Below are positions 12,706 to 26,029 of a stretch of DNA of 62,000 nucleotides, one piece after another. The number at the start of each line of letters is the position of its first letter. Position 1 is the first letter of the stretch. The stretch is taken from the NCBI RefSeq assembly GCF_004010195.1, contig NC_057759.1:1743069-1805068 (forward strand). Direction: 5' to 3'. Made by a program: the position numbers and the translations under genes. The DNA comes from Chiloscyllium plagiosum (lineage: Eukaryota). The notes below the pieces were generated by a model, which was given only the letters and a program-made list of their open reading frames with translations, made no database searches and was not told where the DNA came from.

Positions 12706-13729
12706 CATTCTCTGCAGTTAAATGCATAACGACACCCAGATCCTTCTGTACTGAAGTACTCTGAAGATTCTCTCTCTTTAGAGAATGTCACCGTTTCAAT
12801 CTTCCAACCTCACACTTAACCACATCAAACTCTGTCTGCCAAATGTTGGACAATTCACCATTCACATCCTTCCTCAAGTAAGGGAATCAAACTTGTACAC
12901 TAGGGGAGCCCGAGTGCTCGCATGTCTGGTCAAGTTCAGGTTCAAGTTAAGGAAATGCCCGTACTTTGATTAATGGAATAAAATCAGCACTGGTAATGTC
13001 ACGTGGTAATGGTTAGATTGTCACTACTCAGAAATGGCCTTTTTATTTGTTAATTAAATAAGTAAATGATCCCATGCATTGCTGAAGATTGGAAGTAAAT
13101 AAGGAGTACCTTTTAGTTGGCAATACATGTCCACACCTTCCAGCTGTTATGGATGGCTCCAGTGGTCAATTATTTTCGACCAGGCTGTTATCTTCATTAA
13201 ACGTCCTACTTCCTACGTTACTCCTGACTGTCCATTCACCCTTTCCCTTGCAGGCACATTCTTTTCTCTACAGGCCTCAAGGTAAACGAAGGGATGACAC
13301 TTTAGAACTGAGATGAGGTGGAATCGCATCAGCCTGAAGGGGTGAGGATGAATCTGGGGAACTCATTGCTGCAGAGAACTGTGGAGACTAAGTCAATGAG
13401 CGTCTTGAAGACAGAGATGGAGACATTCTCGATTGATCCGGGGATTGAGATGTACGAGGAATAGGCAAGAGAAAGGTATCTCGAACTCAATCAGCTGTGA
13501 TTGAATGATAGAGCATAATCGATGCGCTGAATGTTTTAATTCTGCTACGTCCTCATGATTCCTTCCACAAAATAACTATCTCTATACTGAATTTGCTTAT
13601 TTCCGGCATGATTATTTGTCTTTCATTTCAAGCTCATCCCGTTCTTTGAACTAACCACTCTGTGTGCACAATTAGATGGACGCATAACCCGTGGTTAATT
13701 CAGAAGATACTTTCACAATATTTGCAGGA

Positions 13730-13960
13730 TGTCTACAAGCTAACATCTTAACATGCATTCCATATTTTTCTGGCAATACATTGCTCTTTTGTTAACCTTC
13801 CACAGGGGAGAAAAAGGATTCTGACAAAACACACTGTTTGCCTCTCCACAATAGGGCTATGATGTTCGATGTGGGAAACTATTCGCTTGTTGTTTCCAAT
13901 GTGTCTTCCGAAGGTGGGTTACAACGTGTACTTTCTGTGCTCCCTGCCAATTATTCCACA
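13730..13960 (+). pseudogene. Decayed V-set Ig domain exon
   Basis: Across frameshifts: LTC.../FFWQY..LLLTFHRG/..LHNRAMMFDVGNYSLVVSNVSSEG/YNVYF-C; matches the NR...GNFSLxxxNVxxxD..Y.C pattern. Confidence 0.4.
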
Positions 13961-14232
13961 TCTGTGCATTATCCAAAGCTGGTCCCTCTCTCTCCCCCGT
14001 ACACATTCATGAGCCTGCGAAGCTTCTCGTCCAATCCTAGGGTGTCACAAGGCCCATCGGCCCATTGAATCTGTACTGCCGAATGCCATTATAAAGCTGC
14101 AACATTCGCACTGCTCAGCACATTAGGAATGGACAATCAGGAATGGGCAAATGTTTTCTTTCCAAGAAAAAAGCAGTCCAACGATATCATTGGTTTTAGT
14201 TATGCAGGATTCTAGTACCAGCACGAGCGAAG

Positions 14233-16325
14233 AGAGAAAGTGAGCACTGACGGAGCTCGACATCAGAGTCGAAAAGTGTGGTGCTTAAAAAGCACAGAAG
14301 GTCAGGCAGCATCCCAGAGTCTACGTTTCGAGCATAGGTCCGTCATCAGGAATGTGTGGGTTTGTTGTTAGAGGGGAGAAGGGGACTGCAAAGTATAAAG
14401 AAGGGTGGGGGCGTGCGTAAGGTTTTTCGGGAGGTAGATGCAGGTTGGAGATGATGGTAAAAGGTTGGATTGAAGGGTGGAGCAGGTAAGTGGGAAGGAA
14501 GAAAGATGGACATGTAGCACAGTTCAAGGTGCAGAGTTAGAGGGTTGGATCTGCAATGAGGCGCTGGGAAGGGAGATTAGGAAACTAGTGACGTCGATTT
14601 TGATGCTGTGTGGTTGAAGGTTCCGAAGGCAGAAGGTGAAGTGTTCTTCCTCCAGTCGTTGGGTGGTTTGGATTTATTGGTGGAGGAGGACCAGGACTTG
14701 AATGTCCTTGGTAGCGTGGGAAAGGGAGTTTAAGTGTCCGGCCACAGGGCGGTGCAGTTGTTTGGCACATGAGTTCCAGAGATGTCCCCTGAAATATTAC
14801 ACGAGTTGGCACGCTGCACCCCCAATGTATAGGAGACCTCATCAAGTGCAAAGGATGCAGTAGATGATGTATTTGGATGTGCAGGGAACCCTCTACCATA
14901 TGCGATAAGATCCTTTGGGGGGGAATCCTGGACAAAGGTGAAGGAGGAGTTGGGATGTAGTTTATACACATCTTGCAGTCGCAGAGGAAGATGTCAATTG
15001 TTAAAGGTGTATTGTTCGGGACCTTGGACCTAACAAGGGAGTCATGGAGGAAATGCTGTCTGGGGATCAGAGGTATGAGTGGTGAAGAAAATATATCGCT
15101 GCTGATAGGATCTGATTGTAGGTGACAGAAACGTCTGGCCAATGCGATGTATCTGGAGACTAGTGGAGTGGAAGGTGAAGACCGGGGTTTACGTCCTTAT
15201 TAAGATTGGAGCAGTGGGGTTCAAGGGCGGAGGTGCGTGAAATGGTGGAAACATGCTGGAGAGCATTGTTGAAAAACGGGGAAATAGTGGTCCTTGAAAC
15301 AGGAAGCCGTCTGGGATGTCCTGGAGTGGAATTGCTCCTCATAGGAGCAGATACGGTAAAGGCGGAGGAATTGGAAGTGAGGGATTGTGTTTTGACAGGG
15401 TAGGGGATGGGAAGAGGAGTAGGCCAGGTAGCGGTGAGAGTCAGTGAGTTTGAAGCAGATGTCCATGTTGAGTCTGCTGGCAGAAATTCTGACGGAGAGG
15501 TCTAGGACGGAGAGGAATGTGTCTGGGATTGCCCAGGAGAACTTGAGCAGAGGGGTGGAAATCATTTGCAAAGTTGAAGAACTGTTCAGTCTCCTCGTGG
15601 GACCACGAGGTGGCGCCAATACAGTCATTAATGTAGCAGAGGAAAAGATGAAATGGTGCCAGTGTAACTGTGGAGATGGACTGTTCCATGTATTTAACAA
15701 AGACGCAGTCAGGACTGATTTCCATGTGGGTGCTCACGGCTAGTCCTTTAGTCTCAAGGAAATGGGAGGACTCGAAGGAGAAGTTGTTGAGAGTGAGGAC
15801 CGTTTCCACCAATCAAATGAGAGTGTCAGTGGAAGGGCACTGGTTGGGTCGGTGTGAGAGGATGGAAGGGAAAGCTTGGAGGTCTTCACCTCCACGAACG
15901 GACATGTATTGGGACTGGAAGCCATGGTGAAGATGAGTCATTGGAGGACGGGGAAAGATCGTTTGGAGGAAGTGCAGGGCGAGTGTGGTGTCCAGAATGC
16001 AGGCGGAATTTCCTTGGCAAAGGGTATCAATGTATGAGGACATACGTTCGGCGGGGTAGGAGCAGGTGGAGAGGATGGATCGACCATTGCCGTCAGGTTT
16101 GTGAATTCTGGGTAAGAGATAGAACTTAGCGGTGCTAGGTTCCCAAACTATGCGGTTGGAGGCTGTGGATGTGAGATCCCCTGAGGTGATGAGATTATGG
16201 ATGGTCTGGGAGATGATGGTTTGGTGATGGGAGGTGAGGTCATGGTGAAAGGTGCATTAGGAGGAGGTATTCGTGAGTTGGCACTAGGCATCAGCAGTGC
16301 AGAGGTCAGTGTGCCAAACTACCAC
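14233..16325 (-). mobile_element. Penelope-like element (RT plus GIY-YIG remnant, pseudo-LTR)
   Basis: VLTLNNFSFESSHFLETKGLAVST, YINDCIG and TDSHRYLAYSSSHP motifs; terminal gagaaagtgag...gcagcatcc repeat shared with other PLE ends. Confidence 0.9.
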
Positions 16326-17531
16326 TAAATTACAAGAGCCAACCAATCACTTACATTCAGCAAAACAACCAAATTTTTAAAAAATTACTTGTGGGACATG
16401 AAAATCACTGGCGGGCCAGCATTTAGTATCTATTCCTAGTTGCCTTTGAGGAGGGGTGAGGATGGATGCAAGGCCATTTCAGAGGACAGTTGAGAGTCGG
16501 AAACATTATATGTGACTCCTGAGCCACATATCGACTGAAAACAGGTAAGGACATTAGTGAATCAGATGGGTTCTTACAGCAATTGTGCGTGGTCATGCAG
16601 TCATCTTAAATGGTCTTTATTACTCCAGATTTATACGGAGTTCAAATTTTACCAGCTACCATAGTGAGATTTCCATCCACATCCTCAGACCATTAACCTG
16701 GACGTTCGAGCCCAGCAACATTAACTCTATACCATTGCGTCAATAAATGGCTACAGCCAAGTTCAATACATTCAACATAAAAGTTAAGTGCATTCTCAAA
16801 AAGAAAAATTTTGATTTCTGGGTACGAACATCACTTCTCGATGAGAAGTCGGATCGAAGGATCGTATTACAGCGGGTTGATGACTGAAACCACGATAGAT
16901 TGCAGAATGGTTAGATGTGCAGATTAGCACAGCGCCACATTTCTCCTGTTGAATTCTGTTTCTTCATAGTTATCTCCTTCATGATCAGTTCATTCTTTTC
17001 CTGTAGTTTAAGGATCTTTCTTCAGGAAGAGGAGTGAATGGTTTGATGACTAAAGCGTTGTGTGCAATGGCTGCGTCATTGAGCATGCCTGATGGGCAGC
17101 CAAAGTTGAATATTGACTCCTGGCTTATTCCCAACAGAGGTGACGTCTCACTTGGCTATTAATCCAGATAATGACCCGGGTTCAGATCCTGCCATGACAG
17201 ACAGCAGGATCTGATTTTAATTAAAATAAAGCCTGAAATTAAGAGTTTAATGACGATCATTGTAGAAAAACCTCATCTGGTTCACTAATGTCGTTCAGAG
17301 AAAGAAATTTCCCACCCATACCTGGCGTAGTCTACATGTGACTCCAGTCCCTCAGCAATGTGGCTGACCCTTAACTGCTCTCCATGTAATAAAGGATGGG
17401 CAGTAAAACCTGCCTGGTCCAGCCAGAGATGCCCACATCCCATGAATGCATGAAACGAAAATCAATTTTAAAAATATAATCAGAAATGAGAAAAGTAAGC
17501 TAGTCACGCAGCATCTATTGATCAAAAGCAA

Positions 17532-17569
17532 AGTTTACGTTTCGGGTCCAGTGACACTTCGTCAGAACT
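17532..17569 (-). ncRNA. Minimal type I hammerhead ribozyme motif in a PLE terminus
   Basis: Minus strand AGUU-CUGACGA-A-GUGUC-ACUG-GACCC-GAAAC-GUA-AACU: core boxes intact, stem I AGUU/AACU, stem II with one mismatch, palindromic ACGU stem III. Confidence 0.65.
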
Positions 17570-18584
17570 GACGATAGTGAGGTAAAGGTGTGGCATATAT
17601 GCTGGAGAAAGTATTGGGGGCGGTGGGTAGGGTGGGAAGGAGTGAATGAGAGGTAGAGTGGGGGCCCAGCAAGAGAGAAAAGCATTCGGGCAGACAAAGG
17701 AGTGGGAGAGTGAATGGCTGCTCATGGGGACTGCCAGTAGTTGCCAATAGGTTGTTTGTGGTAACAGCCCATGTGATAACAAGGCGTGGTGTGTGGGGTT
17801 AAGTTAAGGATATTGGTGTAAGGAATACTTACACTGTGTCTGCAAAAATGACAAGTCTACCAGTTGCCTGCCTTTTCAGCACTCCACTGTTCCAACACAG
17901 CCAAAAGTTCCATCTCGGGGTCGTGCTGCTGGCTCTGCACAAGCTGGAAGCTCAGCACAAGCTGAAAGAACAGCGTCTCACTTTCTGCTTGCAGACCCTG
18001 CAGCTGTCGGGATTCAACGTCAAGTTCAAAAATGTTAAGTCCTGAGCACTTCCTTCATGTGTCCTTATTCCAGTCCTCACACATCATGGTCAGAAGAATT
18101 AAGAGTTCTTAATTCGTTAACTCTGCTTTCTGTCCAAAAATGTAGCCTGACCTGTTGCGTTTCTCCACCAATTTTATTTTGGACTCCGAGCATCTTCGTC
18201 TTTTTTTTAAATTTAAAAGTAAAATCAATCCGTCTGTCTGGCTGAATAGGCAGTCATTGAGCAAAAACAAGCATGAAATTCCAAATGAGATGAGAAGCAG
18301 AGAGAAAGACAGATAATTGGAGAGAGACACATGGAGAGACAGAAAGGTGCAGATCCAGGTTAAGCGAAATGGACATGAGGAATAAAGAAATCATACTCAC
18401 TCTTCCACATCTCTTGAGGAACTTTCACAATCTCGCTATCCCACTGGTGGCACGGCCCTGTGCTGCCTGCTTCCACGTGACTGATTGTGTATGAATGTCT
18501 GTGGCTCTGTTTGTGTGCTTGTGCGTGTATGTGTCGGTGAGCCTGAGGGGAATGCAAAAGTACCGGAACTGAGATTTATCATAT

Positions 18585-18610
18585 TCTCTCTCTCTCTATT
18601 CACACACACA

Positions 18611-18647
<37 letters not shown>

Positions 18648-18660
18648 GCACACACACACT
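18585..18660. repeat. Compound (CT)n/(CA)n microsatellite
   Basis: Directly visible. Confidence 0.95.
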
Positions 18661-19699
18661 GAGCACAATATTTCTTACAGAAAACCAATGATGGAAATCA
18701 CAGCGGTTCAGACACTATCCACGGAGACAGAGCTAGCTAATGCTTTGAGTGTAGATGACACTTCATCAGAGCTGGAGATGTGTGGATGGGACAGCATTTA
18801 TGTCTTAGTTTAGAAGGGGGCTGTGGAGGCACTGGGTATAGAGCGCTGGTTGAGAAAAGATGTTTGTAGTTCAGATCAAGTGATTCAAATGTGAGAATAG
18901 CATAACAATGGTATGTCAAAGAGTGTGTTGCTGGAAAAGCACAGCAAGTCAGGCACCATCCGAGGAGCAGGAAAATCGATATTTTGAAAATAAGCTCTTC
19001 ATCAAGAATGGTATGTCTCATGCGACGGTCCTGTCCTTGGCATTTTTCTTTTCACAGAAATTATAAAAGCAGCAATTCCGGAAATATCTAAGTTTAAATG
19101 GCATTGTGGCCAATTTGATTACAACCAGCAGATGCTGCCTCAGGCAAAACGATTTCAATTTTTAAAATACAAACACTTGTACAATGGAAAGAGAGTGACT
19201 AGTTCTCCCAGCGAATCTTATCTCTGGGGTTTGGTTTGGTTTTAGCAAGCAGTGTGGACACAAAGAAGCAGGTCCATGCTGATCCCCACCACGAGCACCC
19301 GCCCCCGGCCCCGCCCCTGCCCTACCCCAACATCTCTCCTGTGAGAACCGGTGTTGAATATACATTTCGTGCCAAGGGATATATGTGACAATTGTTGCAA
19401 GTATTTGGAACATCATCATTAAGTTGGGGCAACCTTGTGTTTCATTTGATAATCTTGTAAATAAAGTCTGTTTTGTTTAAAACTTAGTGTTTTTTATCAG
19501 CTATATTCTTTCATTGAATTGATTTTTGTTCAACAATGGGTAAGAGGGGAAATCATGCTCATTAAACCATGAATCACGAGTTACAGTGTGAATGAAATGG
19601 TGGATTTTTGATAGATTTGTATTCCACTGTGACCTACCTACCTAACGTCACTTGCACTATTTCTGCAGTTAGACTCTATCTTACTGTAATATACGAGAA

Positions 19700-22600
19700 A
19701 TAACCAAAGTTTCTAAAGCTGTTTTTCCATGCCAGGAGTTAAACTAAAATATGGGAAAGCTGTCATTTACAAAAACACATATTTGTCAGATTTATTTACT
19801 GGAAATACCTGCTTTGATGAGGCTTAACGCAATCGTTGATAATCTTCAATCCCTCCCTGAGACAAAGGACATTTGGGGTCTAATCTCACACTTTCGGCAT
19901 ATGCATGCAATTCCGGTCGCCCTCCTACAGGAAGGATGTTGTGAAACTTGGAAGGGTTCCAGAAAGACTTACAAGGATGTTGCTGGTTGTCAGCATTGCT
20001 GGCAGAGGAGATATCTGGGGAGTATATTCAGATTAAAAATGCCTTTTTAAGTGTATGTCAGTGAGTACCAGAAACCGACAGACAATTTTTCTTTGGAAAC
20101 CAAGGAGTGAACCTGGTATTTGTTGACCATATTGGATGTGTCTATGTGATTCCCACAGGTAATTCCATTATGCAGCAACACAGCTGCAATGTTCGTAGAA
20201 GATTTATCAAGTTAAAAAACAAAGAGTATGAATTACCCACAGAGATACAATCCGATAAAGAATCAAATTTTGCATCAACGTTATTCAAGAAAGTGATGGA
20301 CAGATTGGAAATAAAACCATTTATACCCAATGCTTCTCATGTTGAACAGCAGGGAACATTAAGATAATGGCATCAGACTTTAAAGAAAACGTTCAGGCTT
20401 ATAACCAAGATTATCCAAGGACTGGGTTGACAGAAATCCATTTGTTCTTTTTGCATTTAGGGATATACCAAATGAATTCATGAAATTTAGTTTGTTTGAA
20501 TTAGTTTCTGGGCATGAGGTAAAAGGATCACTGAAATTAATTAAGAAGAAATCAGAGGTTAGAGATCACCCGTTCCTGCTTTGTGTCAAGTTTTAGGGAA
20601 AGATTAAATAGAGTAGGTGAGTTGATTAGACAGCATTTAAAAATATCAAAGCAAATTTTAAATTTTGCTCATGGAGATAAGGTGTTTGTGTTACAAATAG
20701 TGGTAGGTGAACGTTTAAATGGGAAGGTTTAGTGGGTTATATCAAATCAAAATGACATTGAGCGAAGTGAACTATTTCATAAGTACGCCAGATTGAAAAC
20801 AAAACTCAGAATGTGTGACGTGATATTTTGACAGAGAAGGACAGCGAAAGGGAAATGTGGTACACAGAGTAAAGACCCAAGTTCAGATGATTCTGAAATG
20901 GAAGTGCCTCAAATTATATTGGACAATGACAAAATTCTCAAAAATATGATGAACTATTGAGTCACCTTCGAGAGGAAAATGACCTGAAAGAGCTGTTGCA
21001 ATTACATGGGGAAATATGTGGGAGCAAGCTGGGAATAACCACCCCAATTCTGCATGTTGTCGATATAGAAAATAATGCTCTAATTAAGTACTACCCTTAC
21101 AAATGTAACACTCTAAAATTGTCAAAGTTTCACAAAGACGTTGAAGGCATGCTCAAAAACAATATTAGCAAAGAAAGTTGCAGCGAATGGTGCTCACCTG
21201 TCGTAATGGTGCCAAAATTACATGGTAAGCAAAGACAATGTGTGGAATAGTGCAAAGTCAGTGCAGTTAAATAATTTGATTGACCTCATATTTCAAGTTT
21301 GGAAGACTATATTGAGAAGTTGGTACAAACATTTTTTTTTCAAAATTGGACTGACTGGCAGATATCGTTTTTCGAAAAAGTGAAGGAAATTTTGGCTTTC
21401 AAGAAACCAGATGGAGCGTACCAATTTAAATTCATGCCATTGGTATGAAATATGTGCCAGCCAGCTTTCAAAGACTAACCAATAAAGTCAATTCTGGATT
21501 ACCAATTGTGTGGGGTACATCACGATCTGGAGATTTTTTGTCACACTTGGAAGGAATATTGGAAACATCTATTGAACTGTCCAATGAAATTTGAAAGAGC
21601 AGCTTGGTGATAAACCTGGATAAGATGCGTTCACAAAAGTCCACGTCATACTTCTGGGCTATTTCATTGGACATTTAAAAAAAGAGTTATTGAGAAGTTT
21701 CCCATACCATCGTCAAAATGTGATTCCCGAGATTGAGTGGGTTTTTTTTATATCATATTTGGGTACCGAATTAAGCAGAGTGAGTTCTCCATTGACTGAA
21801 TTGAAGAAATGATGGCAGTTTCAATCAACTGTGGAATGTCCGAAGGCATTTGATATCTCCAAAACCTGTGTTAAACATTCTCCAGTGTTACCTGTTGTAT
21901 ATCCTGAACATAAACTCTCAAAGTTCTTTAAATTATTTTTTGACAAAAAATCCAGACTGTTTAGCTGGAAGGTAATGTTGCAGACGTCCAATTTGAAAAT
22001 TATGCACATGGCAGGAGAAGAGAACGGAATTACTGACATTTTATCGCTACTTTGATGAAGGAAGATGGTGGAAAAAAGAATGGACTGAAATTGACTGTGG
22101 TAGTGAATACTCGCATGCTTAAAGTCAAAGAATATCTGTTGCAATTTACTAACAATATAAGAACAAAAACATTTTTGTAATCAAAATGAAGCCATTTTTA
22201 TATTTTAATGATTCATGTTTTAAGAGGGGGAGGTTTTAACAGGTGCTTTTTCCCATTATCTTTTGAAGAGAGATTTTAAGGCAGATGTGACAATCCACCT
22301 TTTCGAATCCAATAAAATAAATAAAAAAGCTTGGGAGATCTATTTGTTTTTTTCCCCCCACAGTTTTGGAACAAGAGACGCATCCTGAACTGGTGTCATC
22401 AAGCTCCTACAGAATGTTTAGTTTTAGTTTTGCAGAAGATGAGATTGGAAGCTGCAGTACATCTCTCCATGCTCGTCCCTCTTTCAGAATTTTCTCTTGG
22501 TGATCTTTTTCCTCCAGGACTCGGTAATTGCCTGTGAGACAATCTATTTCACTGAATTTGCCTTTGCTGTTACTGTTCAGTAAGTAGATAATATAATATC

Positions 22601-22821
22601 ATGTTAAGTTTTCCAGTAGAGCTAGATTCTTCTATTTTCTTATTTCTTTCGTTGTATTTTGACTATAGTGTATGAGTAAGGCATATTTTCCTACGAATCT
22701 GGTAGTTTGACTAACAGAAATGCATCCAAAGTACAACACTGAACTTCTAAATTACGAAAATGGTGAGAGTCTAGCCATTTTTCTGGATTTATTTTCAGGC
22801 GGCTTGGTCTGGTCTACAACA
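19700..22821 (+). mobile_element. Ty3/gypsy LTR retrotransposon, Gmr1-like domain order (integrase before RT), decayed
   Basis: Integrase core LPTEIQSDKESNF...QGTLR*WHQTLK at ~20230-20385, then RT (YPYK, CSEWCSPVVMVPK, PASFQRLTNKV) at ~21090-21500; PPT aagaggggggagg at ~22222; probable 3' LTR to ~22821 ending ..aaca. Confidence 0.8.
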
Positions 22822-22975
22822 CGAGGCACTGGTCCTGCTCCTTTCCGACAGTGACTTTTAACAAGAATGGCAGAACACACAAAATCACTTAGTACATCGC
22901 TACAGATCCATTGACCAGCTTGAGACGTGAAATAATATATAACATTGCCAGGATACCTTTTGGCTGGAGATATTA

Positions 22976-23877
22976 TTATGTAATGATCTGAAGAACTGAA
23001 GTAAATGAAAAACTAAACATTCTTTTCAAGTGCTTTCTGAACTTGGTCTGTGTCACTGCATAAATAAAAGTGTTTGTGCAGCAGCTCAGGAGCTGCAGCA
23101 TTGAACCCAACACCAGAACAAAGCTGGGTAGATAAATCTTCACAAGACCAAAATAGTATAATCTGTACAACATGGAATAGGCCATAAATGTTGACCATAA
23201 AAGGATGAAATTTGCAGAGAGTGCAAACATTAAAATAATAGATTTCCTTCGACTTGCCATCTCTGGATCTTTAAAACTTACACCACTGCTCTGGGCCCGG
23301 AGTCTTCTCCGTGCTCGGCTTGTTCTGATAATGTGTCTGACAGTGAAAATATTCAGCAGCAGAATCAGGATGAAAGGAATACAGGGTGTTCCAATGTGAT
23401 GAAGAAGCTCAATCAACATCCATAAATGTGAGTTCAAATTGGTGACTGATATAACACAAAATGCAACGATGTTCGACAAAGTATATTGATCTCCTAACAT
23501 AAAATACCAGAAAATGTTCTTTAGGCAACTCACAGCAATCACTATTCCCAGCACCACAGCTGAGGTTTTCTCAGTGCAATATTTATGTTTCATCTTCTGA
23601 CAACAAATTGCCACAAATCGATCAAAAGTAAAAGCCACAGTGAACCAGACAGAACAATCAATGGCTGCATAATTCAGGACTGCATGAATATTGCACACAC
23701 GAATTAAATATCTTAGATAAAAGATTTCTTCAAAGAAAGGTCGTGGAATATGTCTCAGTATTACATCCAGGATAATAACCAAAAGGTCTGCCACTGCCAT
23801 GGCCACCAAGTATCGAGAAACACATTTGGAGAGACCACATTTTCCCAGAGATAGGATCCCAATCGCTATGACATTAA
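22976..23877 (-). CDS. Class A orphan GPCR, GPR139/GPR142-like (chondrichthyan-expanded type), coding exon 2
   Basis: Acceptor cacacag| at 23878; open frame VNVIAIGILSLGKCGLSKCVSRYLVAMAVADLL...FTFDRFVAICC...LLSCCTNTFIYAVTQTKFR to TAA; covers the end of TM1 through TM7. Confidence 0.93.
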
Positions 23878-24423
23878 CTGTGTGCAGGGGATATTATCAA
23901 GGAAATTAGTCTGCAAGCAAAATCATCATATAATAGTTGTACATATACAGGTTAGTTAATGTGTTGCTGCATTCAACTGATTTTAACTGACACAATGTAT
24001 CACATTATTGATCTTGAGACATGGCTGGTCATTCATTTGAAGTCATACTTAAACGAAATTAAATATCAGTGATGAAATGCCGTGTATTAGCTTGGATAAG
24101 CGCCCATCTCCGTTAGTTGGTTGGGCTTCCAGAGATGAATCTCGTCATCCAAATAATGTTGTATACTGACATCAAAGCAAGACTGGATTAAGATAGAACA
24201 AAGGTGACATGACGCAACGCATCCTTAAGTGGTATATTCTGTTCTGTTCCTCTTGCAGAGTGGTGTTGCCACAATGGTGGCAAAATGTCTCCATCAGACA
24301 GTCAGTTGATAAACAGCTTTGGATACCCGTGATTTTTTTTTTGACGTAAGACAGAAGTATCATGCTTGCATGTGGTCAGACCAGCACATGCCAAAAAGCA
24401 ATTTCGGCTATGCTTTCAGTTAG

Positions 24424-25052
24424 GAGGCGAAAGTGAGGACTGCAGATGCTGTAGATCAGAGCTGAAAATGTGTTGCTGGAAAAGTGCAGCAGGTCGGGCA
24501 GCATCCAAGGAACAGGAGAATCGACGTTTCGGGCATAAGCCCTACTTCAGGAATGAGGAAAGTGTGTCCAGCAGGCTAAGATAAAAGGTAGGGAGGAGGG
24601 ACTTGGGGGAGGGGCGTTGGAAATGCGATAGGTGGAGGGAGGTCAAGGTGAGGGTGATAGGCCAGAGTGGGGTGGGGACGGAGAGGTCAGGAAGAAGATT
24701 GAAGGGGAGTCCAAGGACTGCATCTCCTTGGTGGAGTGGGAGGGGTGTTGGGTTGGTTGGTCCGGATGTCCCAGAGGTGTTCTCTGAAACGTTCCGCAAG
24801 TAGGCGGCCTGTCTCGCCAATATAGAGGAGGCCACATCGGGTGCAGCGGATGCAATAGATGATGTGTGTGGAGGTGCAGGTGAATTTGTGGGGGATATGG
24901 AAGGATCCCTTGGGCCCCTGGAGGGAAGTAAGGGGGGGCGGTGTGGGCGCAAGTTTTGCATTTCTTGCGGTTGCAGGGGAAGGTGCCGGGAGTGGAGGTT
25001 GGGTTGATGGGGGGTGTGGACCTGACCAGAGAGTCACGGAGGGAGTGGTCTT
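24424..25052 (-). mobile_element. 5'-truncated Penelope-like element (GIY-YIG end + pseudo-LTR) in the GPCR intron
   Basis: FTCTSTHIIYCIRCTRCGLLYIGETGRLLAERFREH; 13-bp TSD tgctttcagttag at 24411-24423 and 25053-25065. Confidence 0.93.
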
Positions 25053-25917
25053 TGCTTTCAGTTAGAAAAGCAGTTAGATGGTGGGCTTACTGGTTGCAGG
25101 AGCTTAAAGTGGAGGTCTCTGCTGCTACAACGAACAGACAGCAAGTGACAATATTAACTATTTCACGGAATTGTTTTTTTGTCCGAAGTGTGTATTTGTG
25201 GGGATATGCCACAATTGGAACAGTCGATGATTAGTGCTTAAAGAATACATTGACATGTTATTTAATTTAATAAGTTGGTGTTATGTCAATTCTTCGTTTA
25301 GATGTATTTTGACCGTGTTTTAACAATATATTGAGTTTCGATTAAAGCGAAGTGATGGACCAAACAAATCATATCTAAAAGTCAATGCCTTACACTGCCT
25401 TTTGAAAGTGTTAAAGTGAGGGCCATTGCTAACTCCATAATAAACTTTGGGTGTGGGGGAATCTGGTCTGGTCCACATTAGTGATGTAGACATTAAATGC
25501 AGGGAATTTACTGAAACACAATCTGGAAAACAGCGTGGACATCGAGAAAGGAAGGACACGGAGACTGCAAAGCAGTTAGATGGGGGTATCCGAACAAGTC
25601 CATAACCAGTTTCAAGAAGTGGAGAAACAAAGAGTATAACAGCTGTATAACGTCTATTTACAGAGCATGTGCACTTTTCACAACTTATACCAAAACAGTC
25701 AATGATTTCTGTGATATTGAATGGTTCCAAATACAGAAGAGAGAGCAAGAGAGTCAGGACCTGAGCGTTCCTTTTCTAAATTAATCAATGTATTATTGTC
25801 GTATGTACCGAGAAACAGAGAAAAGTGTTTGCTATTCTGGCGGTTCATACCATACAAGGTGCATCAGAGTAGCAGACCAATGTACGGAATGTAGTGTTAC
25901 AGAGGCAGAGAAGATGT

Positions 25918-25954
<37 letters not shown>

Positions 25955-26029
25955 TCAGAATTAACATTTTTGGACTGGGTGTCAAATAAAAAGAAAATCT
26001 GACATAATTCCTAAAAGTAAACAGGACCA

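Noticed and set aside
19330..19510. 5' LTR of the Gmr1-like element
   Set aside because: LTR-like (AATAAA) but I could not see similarity to the presumed 3' LTR at 22235-22821.
25320..25748. 142-aa Cys-containing ORF in the GPCR intron
   Set aside because: No recognisable domain, cysteine pattern or consistent splice sites.
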